Shown here: piece after piece, positions 1-10,350 of the stretch
Layout of the letters: the number at the start of each line of letters is the position of its first letter
Position numbering within the stretch: the stretch's first letter is position 1
Origin: Dehalococcoidia bacterium
GTDB taxonomy: Bacteria; Chloroflexota; Dehalococcoidia; Bin125
Length of the DNA stretch: 64,000 nt
NCBI GenBank assembly: GCA_963555985.3
Contig: OY820591.1
Location: 160,001 to 224,000 of the forward strand
Direction: 5' to 3'
Made by a program: the position numbers and the translations under genes
Notes under the pieces: generated by a model
The model's database searches: none
The model's input: only the letters and a program-made list of their open reading frames with translations
What the model was told of the DNA's origin: nothing

Positions 1-135
1 CGCGAGGCCGCGAACCGCGACCGCCCAGTCCCTACCGTGCCCTGCGTTACACACGCTCCCCCCGTTCACACGACCGCCGCCTGCGTAAACCGGTATGCAA
101 CAGCTGCGGACAAGCCGGACGCCGAGGAGACTCGC

Positions 136-1764
136 ATGGCCGTCAACAAGATCGAAGTCATCAAGTCCGCCAAAGACGGACTCGACGTCCTCCCCGACTT
201 GCACCGCTACGCCGCGCTCGCCGCCGCCGGCCAAGACCACCAAATCCCCGCCGACGACTTCGAGCGGCTCAAGTGGTACGGCCTCTTCCACCGCAAGCGC
301 ACCCCGGGCTACTTCATGCTCCGCATGAGAATCCCCAACGGCGTCCTCAACTCCGAACAGATCCAAGCCGTCGCCGAAATCTCCGAGACCGCCGGGCGCG
401 CTACCGCCGATATCACCACCCGCATGAACATCCAGCTCCGCTGGATCACCATCGCCGACGCCCCTTGGGTCTTGCAGCGCCTGGCCGCTGCCGGACTCAA
501 CACCCAACAGTCCGGCATGGACAACGTGCGCAACCTGGTCGGCTGTCCCCTCTCCGGCCTCACCGCCGACGAGCTGATCGACACCCGCCGCCTGACCGTC
601 CGAATGCAGCAAGCCATCGTGGGCGGCAAGCGCTTCTCCAACCTCCCCCGCAAGTTCAATCTCTCCATCACCGGCTGCCGCGACGACTGCTCGCACGCCC
701 AGACCCACGATCTCTCCTTCACCCCCGCCGTCAAACACAGCGCCGAGGGCGAGACCATCGGCTTCAACGTGCTCGTCGGCGGCGCGCTGGGCGGGATGCA
801 GCCCGAACTCGCCCGCCCGCTCGATGTCTTCGTGCCCGAGCGCGATGTAGTCGAGTTGGGTACGACCATCCTTGCCGTCTACCGCGACCACGGCCTGCGC
901 GAGAAGCGCAAAGAGTCGCGCCTCAAGTGGCTGCTGCGCGCCTGGGGCATCGAGAAGTTCCGCGCCGCCGTCGAAGAACGCTTCGGACGCCCGCTCGAAC
1001 GCGCCGGCAAGTCGCTCTCGATTCGGCACGGCGGCGACCACATCGGTGTCACCAAACAAGCCGACCCCGGCTTGCGAGTCGTCGGCTGCCACGTCCCCGT
1101 CGGACGAGTCACCTCGGACGACCTCTACGAGTTCGGCCGCCTCGCGCGCGAATACGGCAACGCCGAACTCCGCCTCACCGTCCAGCAAAACCTGCTGATC
1201 CCCAATATCCCCGCCGAACGCCTGCAAGCGCTCCGAGCCGAGCCGCTGCTGGAGAAATACAGCCCGTCCCCCTCAGCCTGGTCGCGCGCCATGGTCACCT
1301 GCACTGGCAACGACTACTGCCACTTCTCCCTCATCGACACCAAGGGCGAAGCGCTCAAGCTCGCCGCCGCCCTCGAACAGCGCTACGAGGTCGCCGATCA
1401 CACCCCAATCCGCATCCAAATGTCCGGTTGCCCCCACGCCTGCGGACAGCACCGCGCCGGAGAGATCGGCCTACTCGGACACAAAGTGCGAGTCGGTGGC
1501 CAGGTCATGGACGGCATTGACATCTTCACCGGCGGAAAGCTCGGCGCCGACGCCCAACTCGGCGAGCTCGCCGACAAGGGCATCCTGATCGACGATCTCC
1601 CCGAAGCCGTCGCCGCCCAAGTCCGAACCCTGCGCGGTCAATCCGCTCTCAAGCAGCTCCCATCTCCCCCCGCATCGCGGGGGGAGATGTCGCGTAGCAG
1701 CCTGCCCTCGGCTCGAACGGGGGACAGAGGGGGGTCCAACCGCCAACCCACCCTGAGAACCTAG
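136..1764 (+). CDS. ferredoxin-nitrite/sulfite reductase (NirA/SirA family)
   Basis: FMLRMRIPNG, TTRMNIQ, LPRKFN, CTGNDYC and SGCPHACG siroheme/4Fe-4S motifs; GAGGAG RBS before ATG 136; C-terminal ~30 aa are REP-derived. Confidence 0.9.
   Translation: MAVNKIEVIKSAKDGLDVLPDLHRYAALAAAGQDHQIPADDFERLKWYGLFHRKRTPGYFMLRMRIPNGVLNSEQIQAVAEISETAGRATADITTRMNIQLRWITIADAPWVLQRLAAAGLNTQQSGMDNVRNLVGCPLSGLTADELIDTRRLTVRMQQAIVGGKRFSNLPRKFNLSITGCRDDCSHAQTHDLSFTPAVKHSAEGETIGFNVLVGGALGGMQPELARPLDVFVPERDVVELGTTILAVYRDHGLREKRKESRLKWLLRAWGIEKFRAAVEERFGRPLERAGKSLSIRHGGDHIGVTKQADPGLRVVGCHVPVGRVTSDDLYEFGRLAREYGNAELRLTVQQNLLIPNIPAERLQALRAEPLLEKYSPSPSAWSRAMVTCTGNDYCHFSLIDTKGEALKLAAALEQRYEVADHTPIRIQMSGCPHACGQHRAGEIGLLGHKVRVGGQVMDGIDIFTGGKLGADAQLGELADKGILIDDLPEAVAAQVRTLRGQSALKQLPSPPASRGEMSRSSLPSARTGDRGGSNRQPTLRT
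1661..1737 (+). repeat. REP family A (CTCCCCC..GGGGGAGATGTC..GACAGAGGGGG) inside the reductase C-terminus, with nested unit
   Basis: catctccccccgc-atc-gcggggggagatg perfect stem followed by second hairpin. Confidence 0.85.
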
Positions 1765-1867
1765 CCAACCATGGCCCGCCTCCCCTCCTCCGTCCGCGTT
1801 GACAGCTGCCTAGACTGCGCTCACCCCGCGATTCGCGCAGCCAGGCACATCCCCGAGGAGAGCCAAG

Positions 1868-3166
1868 ATGTTCATCGGCTACTTCACCGAACGGCCCTAT
1901 CAAGACCCCAACTCCGGCTACTTCGGAGCGACCGGACGCGACATCCAGGACCTCGGCATGAGCAACGACAGCTACGATCCCCGGATCGGCGCCGAGCTCT
2001 ACAACCGCTACTTCGACGAGAAGCTCTACGCCGAGGAGATGGGCTTCGACGGCCTCATGCTCAACGAGCATCACTCCACCCCCTTCTGCATGGGCGGCGT
2101 GATGAACGTCGAAGCCGCGATCCTTGCCCGCATCACCAAGCGCGCCAAGATCGTCCTGCTCGGCAACGTCCTCCCGATCTGGGACGACCCGCTCTGGTTG
2201 GCCGAGGAACTCGCCGAGATCGACATGATCTCGCGCGGCCGCCTGGTCAGCGGCTGGGTGCGCGGCACCGGCCGCGAATCCGTCGCCCACAACACCGCCT
2301 CGCCCTTCAACTGGGAGCGCTACCAGGAGGCCCACGACTTCATCGTCAAAGCCTGGACCACACCCGGCCCCTTCCGCTGGGAGGGCGAGCACTTCCAGTA
2401 CCGCTACGTCAATCCCTGGGCGCGCCCCTACTCCGATCCGCATCCGCCGATCTGGATCCCCGGTGTGATGAGCCGCAACACGGTCAAGTGGGCCGCCGAG
2501 CGCCGCTACCCCTACATCATGCTGGCAACGGAAATGGAGCCGACCAAGCTGTCATTCGCCTATTACCGGGACTGTGCGCGCGAAGCCGGTTACGAAGCCG
2601 GAACCCAGCACACCGGCTACGTGTTCAAGATTCACGTCGACGAAACCGAAGAACTTGCGGAAGCGACCGCGCGCAAATTCCTCCAGGGCCCGAGCAACCC
2701 CTTCCTCGAGGGCAACCAGGGCAAAGTCCGCCCCTTCCTCCAGTCGCTCCCTGGTCTGACCTCCCGCACCGAGGTGCTGCCGACATCCCAGATCCCGGCC
2801 CTCGCCGCTTCGCGCGGGCGGATCGAACTCGAACGAGCGCTCGAACAACGCAGGCAGGATGCGGGGGAGGAGCAGCCCAAGAAGAGCGACCCCTTCAAGG
2901 AACAAGTCGACAAACAGGCCATCATCCACGGCACGCCAACCACCGTCCTGCCCAAGATTCGCCACATACTGGAGGAAATCCGCCCCGGCTCAATCACCTT
3001 CTGGGACGGCGACGGCTCGATGGACCACGAAGACGCGATGCGCAGTCTGCGCCTGATGGGCGAGGAAGTCCTCCCCGCCGTCCGCGAGATGGGCGCCGAA
3101 CTCGCGCTCGACAGCCCCTTCGAGGTCGATCCGGCCAACAACGAGCGGATCACCGCAGCCGGCTGA
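1868..3166 (+). CDS. LLM class flavin-dependent oxidoreductase (luciferase-like monooxygenase)
   Basis: AEEMGFDGLMLNEHH, LAEELAEIDMISRGRLVSGWVRG, PHPPIW motifs. Confidence 0.9.
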   Translation: MFIGYFTERPYQDPNSGYFGATGRDIQDLGMSNDSYDPRIGAELYNRYFDEKLYAEEMGFDGLMLNEHHSTPFCMGGVMNVEAAILARITKRAKIVLLGNVLPIWDDPLWLAEELAEIDMISRGRLVSGWVRGTGRESVAHNTASPFNWERYQEAHDFIVKAWTTPGPFRWEGEHFQYRYVNPWARPYSDPHPPIWIPGVMSRNTVKWAAERRYPYIMLATEMEPTKLSFAYYRDCAREAGYEAGTQHTGYVFKIHVDETEELAEATARKFLQGPSNPFLEGNQGKVRPFLQSLPGLTSRTEVLPTSQIPALAASRGRIELERALEQRRQDAGEEQPKKSDPFKEQVDKQAIIHGTPTTVLPKIRHILEEIRPGSITFWDGDGSMDHEDAMRSLRLMGEEVLPAVREMGAELALDSPFEVDPANNERITAAG

Positions 3167-3262
3167 GAACACGCGCCGATCGCGCCCTTCATCCGCTTCC
3201 CCAAGCGAGTCGAAGCAATCGAACGCCGGCGGATGCGCGAAGCATTGGGCGAGCTCCGCACC

Positions 3263-6200
3263 TCAGTCGCCGTGGCCGACGAGTTCGCGCACCTGCGCGA
3301 CTGCGCCCGCAAGATCCTCTACATCGCGTTCGGCGTTGGCGTGGAGGAAGAGGAAGCGGCAGGCGGACACCGGGCGGCCCAGCGACTGCTCCAGCGCCAG
3401 CGCGTAGGTTGCGCCCTGGAGTTGATAGCGCTCCAGCGCTGCGTCGACCGCCTCGCCGTCGCGCAAGGCATCGGTCTTGTAGTCAACCACCACGAGCTCG
3501 CCCTCGGCGGTCTCGTAGAGCAGGTCGATGAAGCCCTCCACCAAGACCTCACCGCCGTTACCGTCCGAGATTGGCGCGGCTACAAAGAGCTCGCGCCAGT
3601 AGCGATCCGAAGCGACGGCTTCGCGCACGCTGGCGCTGTCGAGCGCGACGCGGATCAGGCGGGCGACTTCGGCGGCGGCGCGGGGAGGCAGCCCTTCGGC
3701 GGCGCTCTGCGCATTCGCAGCAGCGAGAATCTCCGCTGGATCGGGTTGTTCGATCTGGATCGTCTGGAGCGCGGAGTGAACCGCGCGCCCGATGCTGGTG
3801 CCCGCCCGTCCTCTGCGCCAGGGCGGGAGGTCGTCGGGCGGTTCGTCCTTCTCAAGGTTGGGATCTTCGGCGCTGGCGCGCTTGGCGATGCTGGTGGCGG
3901 ACTGCACCGCGAAGCCGGCGTTGGCCTGGATCGCGGCCTGACGTTCGGCGAGCCAGCGGTCGCGGTCGTCGGCGGTCTCGGCGGGAGCAGGGGACTCCCC
4001 TCTGCCTTCGGCATCTCCCCCCGCACCGCGGGGGGGGAGAAACTGCGGTTCTCGCCCCAAGCGGCGGAAGAGGGGAGTGTCCGGATCGATTGGCAGCCGA
4101 TCCAGCTGCTCGGCGATGCGGTGTGCGTCGGACTTCTTGTCGTTGGCTCTGCGGTAGAGGCTGACCACCAGATGATCGCGAGCGCGGGTGGCGGCGACAT
4201 AGTTGAGCCGCACCCGTTCGGCCTGTTGCAGGGACTCTTCGCGCTCGTAGAGCGCAACGTATGCGGGCGTTTCGAGGCCGCCTCCGAAGTTCAACTGCGG
4301 TGCGCCGTCAGCGCTCCAGAGCAGCAGCGGACGCTCATTCCTCGGCGCCGCACTGAGACCGGCCAGCACGACCACCGGAAATTCCAGCCCCTTGGCCGCA
4401 TGGATTGTGAGGATGCGCACGGCGTCGCTATCCCGTTCGGGCACGACCGACTCGATTACGCGGGTGTCTTCGTCGGCCTGGCGCTGCGCCCATTCGAGGA
4501 ACTCGTGCAGTGTGCGTCCGCCGCGGTCGCAGAAGTCGCGGGCCTGATCGAGCAGGAAGCGCAGCCGCTGCCAACGGTCGCGCGGTCGCCGATCGACGAC
4601 AGCGAGTTCCAGCAGCCGGCGCTCGCGGATGACGTGTTCGACCAGGGCGCTGACCGACAGCCGCCACTGCGCGGCGGAGGCGTCGCGGAGCCAGCGCAGC
4701 GCATCGGCGACAGGGTGATCGTTGGCAATCCCGGCCGGAACGTCGGCGCGGTAGTCCCACTTGCCGCCTGCTTCGTGCCAGCGGAACAGCTCGGCGTCGG
4801 AGCAGGCGAAGGCGGGCGAGCGCAGCGATCCGACCAGCGCGAGCTCGTCGGTGGGATCGTCAATCGCGCGGAGGATGCCGAGCAGTCCGCGCACTTCCTC
4901 GGTGTGGTAGACGAGCGAGCGGCTCTCAAGTCGGTAGGGGATGTCTCGCTCTTCCAGTTCGGGCAGTAGTTGCGTCAAGCCGGTGCGAGTCGGGACGAGC
5001 ACGGCGATATCGGCGTAGTTCAGCGCTCGCCAGGCGCCGTCATCCTGATCGAGCACCTGCCACTCCGAGTCGCGCGCCTCGGCTATCAAAGCGGACAATG
5101 TCTCGGCCTCAGACTGGCGCACCAGCGGAGCGAGCGCTTCGAGTTCGTCGCCTACCACAGTCACGACAGGCTGCTGGCTGCCTTCCAGGGGCTCGCGGTC
5201 GGCGCGCAGGTCTTCCCAAGCGGCCTGTCCGCCGTTCTGATCGGCCTGCATCAGCGGCCCGAAGATCGCGTTGACGAACTCGGTGACGCCCGGCTGGGAG
5301 CGGAAGTTCTGGGTCAGATGCACACGCGAGTCGGCGTAGCGCACGCGCACGCGGTTGTACTGCTCGATATCGGCGCGGCGGAAGCGGTAGATCGACTGCT
5401 TCGGATCGCCGACGAAGAAGAGGCGTCCTTCCTCGCCTTGAGCAATCGCGTCTGCAATCTCGGTCTGGAGCGGATCGGTGTCCTGAAATTCGTCGATCAG
5501 CAGATAGCGGTAACGCTTGCGGACTTCGGCGGCGACATCGAGGTTTGCAGTCAGCAGATCGCGGCAGTGGACGAGCAGGTCTTGGAAGCCAAGCCGTCCA
5601 CGTCGTCGGCGTTCGTCGGCGTAGTCGAGCACGAACTGGCGAACGGCGTTGTAGATCGGTGCGATGCAGCTCAGCACCGCCTGGCGGCGGAGTTCCTCGC
5701 GGGCTTCGGCAAGCGCCGTCAACGATTCTCGAATGGCGAGGTGGGCGTCGTCGGGCCAATTTCGCTTCGCCCCCACGTTGCCCACCCGCATGGAGGTAGG
5801 CGTCGTGTGCTCTAGCAGCTTGGCTGCTCCGCCCGGATGCTGCGCTGCCTCGTCCAATTGCGTTGCAAACTCCTCCAATGCCGTCAGACGCTGATAGAGC
5901 TTGTCCGACTGATCGATGCACGCATCTCGCTGCTGAATGACCGAGCGCAGATCGGACACGAACGGGGTGAGATTGACGCTAGCTCCGGTCATCACTGACG
6001 ACTCGGACTCGGCCCGATCCCAGTCCTCATGCAGTTTGCGAGCGACGTTGCCGAGATGCGCCAGTGTGACGCCTGCGTCCAGCGCGTTGCGCAGCGGCAT
6101 GGCCAGCGCGGGGTCTTCGAGCAGCTCGTCAAGCCGGTCTCGCCAGCGTTCGGCGAACTCGATGCCCGACTCGGTGTCGTCGATGATCTCGAAGCCCGGC

Positions 6201-6577
6201 GGCAGCTTCGCCTCGATTGGGTAGAGCGAGAGGATGCGTCCGGCGAAGGCGTGGATGGTCTCGATCGCGGCGCGGTCGAGTTGGTCGAGCGCGTCGCGGC
6301 AGCGTTGTTGGCGCTCTAGATCGCGAGGCTGGTCGGATTCTGTTTCGAGGCGTTCGAGGATGCGGTCGCGGAGTTCGGCGGCGGCCTTTTCGGTGAAAGT
6401 GATCGCAGCGATCGCGGAAGGATCGGCGCGGCCCGAAGCGATCAGATTGACGATCCGCTCGACCAGTTGGCGCGTCTTGCCGGTGCCGGCGCCCGCTTCG
6501 ACGAAGAGAGTTTCGCCGAGCGCCTGCTCAATGCGGTCGCGGTCTGCCTGATCGGGAAGTGTTGGAGCGGCGCTCAC
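3263..6577 (-). CDS. addA: AddA-like UvrD helicase/PD-(D/E)xK nuclease
   Basis: AGAGTGKT, IDEFQDTD, VGDPKQSIYRFR, TIHAAKGLEF, YVAATRARD, C-terminal GFIDLL..VDYKT nuclease. Confidence 0.9.
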   Translation of the reverse strand: MSAAPTLPDQADRDRIEQALGETLFVEAGAGTGKTRQLVERIVNLIASGRADPSAIAAITFTEKAAAELRDRILERLETESDQPRDLERQQRCRDALDQLDRAAIETIHAFAGRILSLYPIEAKLPPGFEIIDDTESGIEFAERWRDRLDELLEDPALAMPLRNALDAGVTLAHLGNVARKLHEDWDRAESESSVMTGASVNLTPFVSDLRSVIQQRDACIDQSDKLYQRLTALEEFATQLDEAAQHPGGAAKLLEHTTPTSMRVGNVGAKRNWPDDAHLAIRESLTALAEAREELRRQAVLSCIAPIYNAVRQFVLDYADERRRRGRLGFQDLLVHCRDLLTANLDVAAEVRKRYRYLLIDEFQDTDPLQTEIADAIAQGEEGRLFFVGDPKQSIYRFRRADIEQYNRVRVRYADSRVHLTQNFRSQPGVTEFVNAIFGPLMQADQNGGQAAWEDLRADREPLEGSQQPVVTVVGDELEALAPLVRQSEAETLSALIAEARDSEWQVLDQDDGAWRALNYADIAVLVPTRTGLTQLLPELEERDIPYRLESRSLVYHTEEVRGLLGILRAIDDPTDELALVGSLRSPAFACSDAELFRWHEAGGKWDYRADVPAGIANDHPVADALRWLRDASAAQWRLSVSALVEHVIRERRLLELAVVDRRPRDRWQRLRFLLDQARDFCDRGGRTLHEFLEWAQRQADEDTRVIESVVPERDSDAVRILTIHAAKGLEFPVVVLAGLSAAPRNERPLLLWSADGAPQLNFGGGLETPAYVALYEREESLQQAERVRLNYVAATRARDHLVVSLYRRANDKKSDAHRIAEQLDRLPIDPDTPLFRRLGREPQFLPPRGAGGDAEGRGESPAPAETADDRDRWLAERQAAIQANAGFAVQSATSIAKRASAEDPNLEKDEPPDDLPPWRRGRAGTSIGRAVHSALQTIQIEQPDPAEILAAANAQSAAEGLPPRAAAEVARLIRVALDSASVREAVASDRYWRELFVAAPISDGNGGEVLVEGFIDLLYETAEGELVVVDYKTDALRDGEAVDAALERYQLQGATYALALEQSLGRPVSACRFLFLHANAERDVEDLAGAVAQVRELVGHGD
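3992..4042 (-). repeat. REP family A in-frame within addA
   Basis: cccctctgccttcggcatctccccccgcaccgcgggggggag; reads LPPRGAGGDAEGRG in AddA. Confidence 0.85.
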
Positions 6578-9500
6578 GATGGCTCGCCTTCCACGAGCTC
6601 GACGTAGCGAATCAACTGACGGTCGCGCTTGGTCGCGTCCCAGGCGCGCTGACGGTCGCGTGAGCAGACCGCGTCGTAGGGGCAGTATTGGCAGTGCTCG
6701 GGGCCGCGGCTGGAATCTCGCCCGGGATGCGCGGGGAACAGTCCCTGACCAATGCCGTCGATGATCCGGCTGAGCACGTCGTGGAAGCGGTCGCTGGCCT
6801 CGGCGCCCCAGTCAACCTCACGCAACGCAAATCCTCCGCGCTCAGTGATGAACCAGTAGGCCGTCGAAACCTGGGCGGCAGCGGAGTCTGGGTGGCGCGC
6901 GCTCGCGGCAACGGCGTAGATCGGGAGTTGGAGGTATTGCCCGGCCACGACCGGATCCGCCTCAAGGTGGTTCTTGGCCGGAAGCGCCCGCCCCGTCTTG
7001 TAGTCGATCACATCGAGGCGCGAGCCGTCCTCGGAGCGGTCGATCCGGTCGATCTTGCCGCGCAGCCGGACGGTGCGGCCGTCGGGCAAGGTGATTGGTA
7101 CGGGCGGATCTGCTCCGAGGCCAAAGGCGAACTCGCTCTCGGTTTGGACGACATTGCGCTCCTTCCGGCGCTTGTCATCTCTCGTGAGTAGTGCTTGCAG
7201 GTCGTTCTGGATCAGCTCGCGCTCGCGGGTCCAGAGCAGATCGCGTCCGGTGACGCCGCGTCCTTCGGCGGCATTCATCTTTGCGTCGGCAATTTCCGCG
7301 AGCTGGTCACGGTGCTGATCCGACCATTGCTCGCCCGGACTGGCGAGCGGGTCGACTGCGCGGAAGAAGGTATCGAGGATGTCGTGGATTAATGCGCCCT
7401 TTTCGAGCGGGGAGATCGTGAGTTCGTCCTCGGCCTGATCGCGTTCCGCGACTCGGAGTACGCGACCGAGGAAGTAGCGGTAGGGGCAGACGGCCCAGTC
7501 TTGCAGGGCGGTGGGGGAGTGCGGGCGTTCGGCGTACTTGGCGGTGTTGTCCGTGATCCGCCCGTCCCACTCGCCGAAGGATGGCCGCCGGCGCGCCTGT
7601 TGCAACTCGAATCCGCACTGCAAGGCCGGCTCGTTGAGTGCGAGGAAGTGTGTTTGAGGAGTTGCCGCCTGGCGCAGACTGCGGAGGTCGTATTCCTGGA
7701 TTGCGCCCGGCTGCGATGCGTTCCGGATCGACCACTCGAAGGAGGGAGCGGCGTGGAACCAGTCGCTGCGTTCGAGCGTGTCGATCTTGGAGCCGTAGAC
7801 GCGCTCGCCGCGACGTGCGGAGGCGGATTCGAGCAGCCAGCGGCTGGGCAGGCGGGCGCGCTGTCCGCGTACGTCGGCGCGGGGGTAGCTGAGTTGGCGT
7901 TCCTGCGCCGACCAGAGCGCGGCGAGATACTCGGAGCGCTGACGGCGCGCGCGATCGTCCGCGCCGTTGAGTCCGACCTGTCCCCGCAGCGCTTCGGGCA
8001 AGAGCGGGTCTTCGCGCTGCGCAGGAGGCAGCGAGCGTTCCGCAGCGCCGAGGATGTAGACGATCTCCCAGTCCGTACCCGCCGCCTCTGAGAGCGAGCC
8101 GACGAAGACGCCCTGGCCGAAACGTCCCACCCGTCCGGCGGGGCGCGTCAGCCCACGCTCAACGGCGGCGAGGAAGCGGGCCGGGTCGGTCTCGCCCAGT
8201 TCGTCCAGTTGGGGGAGGGAGCGGAGGAGGTCGTGGATGGTGTCCCAGGCTTCGAGCTCGCGTTCGCTGTCGGTGGTCTGGTTGCGCTCCACGTCAGAGG
8301 AGACGGGGTCGTTCTCCCCCCCTCTGTCGCTGCGCGACATCTCCCCCCGATGGGGGGAGAGGGGAAGCTGGCTGGGCGACGGCTCCTCCCGGCGGGGGGA
8401 GAGGGGATGGTTGCCCAGGCGGTTGGCGAAGGCGGTGCGGCTGCCCAGGTAGCGTTCCAGCAGTTTCTGGGCGCGATCCGTGTAGGCGGACCAGGAGGCT
8501 GAGATTGGCGCGCTCTGGATCTCTTCTACGAGCGTGGCGACGAATGCCTGAAATCCCCGCAATTCGCGTAGATCGCGCTCGATTCCCCGCGCGCGCCAGG
8601 GCTGCTCGTCGTCGGCGTCGGCGAGCAGCCGGTCACGCTCCTCTGTGAGCTTTGCTCCGTACTGATCCAGGCGCTCCAGCCACTGCTGCGGATCGCGGAG
8701 CAGGTTGGCCTTGCGCGCGATCTGATTCCAGCGCGCGGCGGGGACTGGTTGTGCGTAGGTGTCGAGGATCGGCGCACCCGCAAGCCACGGGGCGACGATC
8801 TCGCTCCACGAGATTCGCGGCGGCGTTCGCGCGGCCCGCTCTGCGAGCTGGAGCAGCGAGAGCAGGGTGCGCCCCACGATCGTCTGGCCGTAGCTGACGG
8901 GCAGGCGTCCGTTCCAGGGGATGCCGGCGGCGTCGAGTTGTTCGGCGGCGATGCGTTGGTAGGGATCGCGCTGGGCGTAGAGGATGGCGGCGCGGTGCAA
9001 GGACTGCCCGTTGCGGGCCCGCTCGCCGAGTTGACGGATTGTGTCTCGCACCTCCTCCTCCGCGTCGGGGGCTTGGAGGATGCGCTCGGCGATCGGCGGC
9101 GCGTCAACCGCAGCCGACGCGGGCGGCGCAGACCATTGCGCGAGTGCGTGCTCGTCTACGACCGGATCGCCGCTGAGTCCGAGGATGACTTCGAGCTGTA
9201 CGCGGCTGGCGAGTTGTTCGAGGAAGCTGCGCTGTTGGGGCGTGAGATCGGGGGGGAGATAGAGCACGGCGTCGCCGAGATCGCGCAGGCTGGGGGCGTC
9301 GTGATTGAGCGCGGCGGCGGCGGCTTGGGCGAGTTCCCGATCGTCGTAGAAGTTGCGTACGCGCTCGCGGAATTCGCGGTAGCGGTTGACGAGATAGCGC
9401 TGTTGCGGGGAGTTGGCGGCGATTTGGTTGAGGGCGTCGTCGTTGCACTGGTCGAAGTCGGAGAAGGCGGCGTCCAGACTGCGCAGAGCCGGGCCTTCAA

Positions 9501-9837
9501 GCGGTACGTCTCCGAGGAACTCCTGTCGGGTATTGCTGACGACGGCGCGGATGGCCTCGATGCGGAAGGAGTCGGAGAGGGGTCGGTGTCCCTGGGCGGC
9601 GAGCCGGGGCGCGCCGATGAACTCGATCAGGCGGGGCAGGACGAGGAAGCGAACGTTGACCAGGCCTCCGGGCCGCATCCCAAACGTGCGCCGCAGGCTC
9701 AGTCCGCTGAGTGTGTTGGGCGGCACGACGGTGACGGGTTTGAGGCGGTCGCCGTCTTTGAGGCGCTCAATTGCGGCTTCGAGCGCGGCGCGCGCGTCCT
9801 GTCCCATTGCCGCTGTGGTGACGTGCGCAACTGTCAT
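6574..9837 (-). CDS. addB: AddB-like PD-(D/E)xK nuclease with Fe-S staple
   Basis: SPTALQDWAVCPYRYF, RGKIDRID, DYKTG, LQLPIY, CQYCPYDAVC; 4-bp overlap with addA; start could be 9846. Confidence 0.88.
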   Translation of the reverse strand: MTVAHVTTAAMGQDARAALEAAIERLKDGDRLKPVTVVPPNTLSGLSLRRTFGMRPGGLVNVRFLVLPRLIEFIGAPRLAAQGHRPLSDSFRIEAIRAVVSNTRQEFLGDVPLEGPALRSLDAAFSDFDQCNDDALNQIAANSPQQRYLVNRYREFRERVRNFYDDRELAQAAAAALNHDAPSLRDLGDAVLYLPPDLTPQQRSFLEQLASRVQLEVILGLSGDPVVDEHALAQWSAPPASAAVDAPPIAERILQAPDAEEEVRDTIRQLGERARNGQSLHRAAILYAQRDPYQRIAAEQLDAAGIPWNGRLPVSYGQTIVGRTLLSLLQLAERAARTPPRISWSEIVAPWLAGAPILDTYAQPVPAARWNQIARKANLLRDPQQWLERLDQYGAKLTEERDRLLADADDEQPWRARGIERDLRELRGFQAFVATLVEEIQSAPISASWSAYTDRAQKLLERYLGSRTAFANRLGNHPLSPRREEPSPSQLPLSPHRGEMSRSDRGGENDPVSSDVERNQTTDSERELEAWDTIHDLLRSLPQLDELGETDPARFLAAVERGLTRPAGRVGRFGQGVFVGSLSEAAGTDWEIVYILGAAERSLPPAQREDPLLPEALRGQVGLNGADDRARRQRSEYLAALWSAQERQLSYPRADVRGQRARLPSRWLLESASARRGERVYGSKIDTLERSDWFHAAPSFEWSIRNASQPGAIQEYDLRSLRQAATPQTHFLALNEPALQCGFELQQARRRPSFGEWDGRITDNTAKYAERPHSPTALQDWAVCPYRYFLGRVLRVAERDQAEDELTISPLEKGALIHDILDTFFRAVDPLASPGEQWSDQHRDQLAEIADAKMNAAEGRGVTGRDLLWTRERELIQNDLQALLTRDDKRRKERNVVQTESEFAFGLGADPPVPITLPDGRTVRLRGKIDRIDRSEDGSRLDVIDYKTGRALPAKNHLEADPVVAGQYLQLPIYAVAASARHPDSAAAQVSTAYWFITERGGFALREVDWGAEASDRFHDVLSRIIDGIGQGLFPAHPGRDSSRGPEHCQYCPYDAVCSRDRQRAWDATKRDRQLIRYVELVEGEPS
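8313..8407 (-). repeat. tandem REP family A in-frame within addB
   Basis: encodes PLSPRREEPSPSQLPLSPHRGEMSRSDRGG. Confidence 0.85.
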
Positions 9838-9914
9838 GCGGCTCACTGTATCGGGGCTGTTTGGGAGTCAGGAACACTCTGGACAGCTTGATCCGGGTCA
9901 TGTCTGTGGAGGTC

Positions 9915-9969
9915 GGACCCCCCTCTGTCGCTGCGCGACATCTCCCCCCGCACTGCGGGGGGAGAGAGG
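9915..9969 (-). repeat. REP family A
   Basis: ccccctctgtcgctgcgcgacatctccccccgcactgcggggggagag. Confidence 0.85.
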
Positions 9970-9973
9970 TGGT

Positions 9974-10234
9974 TCAGCAGTTGGGCAGACTGACGAGCAA
10001 GTCGTCGCCGGCGGCGGGATCGGTGCGGATGATCTTGCCTTCATCGGTGAGGGCGACGACTACGGCGACCGGGCCGGTTTGGCCTGCCACGAAGTAGCGG
10101 TAGCGATCGCCCTCGATGTCGTCGACGACGTCGGCGATCCAGACCGACCAGGTGAAGGGTTTGGAGCCGCAGATGCCCATCATCAGGCCGGTGCGGTTGC
10201 GGGAGACGGCTTCGACTTCGAAGGTTTGGATCAT
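9974..10234 (-). CDS. small protein, DUF3892-like
   Basis: W..ADVVDDIEG..YFV...V.VV....GKIIRT......LL.LPNC pattern recalled for DUF3892. Confidence 0.55.
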   Translation of the reverse strand: MIQTFEVEAVSRNRTGLMMGICGSKPFTWSVWIADVVDDIEGDRYRYFVAGQTGPVAVVVALTDEGKIIRTDPAAGDDLLVSLPNC

Positions 10235-10269
10235 GGGTTCAGGCGATCCGGATTCGCTTCTGGAGACCA

Positions 10270-10347
10270 GCGCGTGGTATCTCGCCGTGACTTATACCCT
10301 CGTCGTCAGCGCCACGAGATTGCCGCGACAAGCGCGGCAATGACGGA
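10270..10347. repeat. REP family B (CGTCAT-tagged) degenerate dimer
   Basis: gtatctcg...cgagattgccgcgacaagcgcggcaatgacgg. Confidence 0.7.
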
Positions 10348-10350
10348 GCA

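Noticed and set aside
46-98. GlnR/NtcA-like site upstream of the reductase
   Set aside because: GTTAC and GTAAAC half-sites do not have convincing spacing
1771-4969. Long alternative-frame ORFs (e.g. 1771-3531, 3233-4969; also 10366-11568, 47274-49004, 54515-56098)
   Set aside because: Shadow ORFs of high-GC genes; no motifs, and they overlap well-supported CDSs
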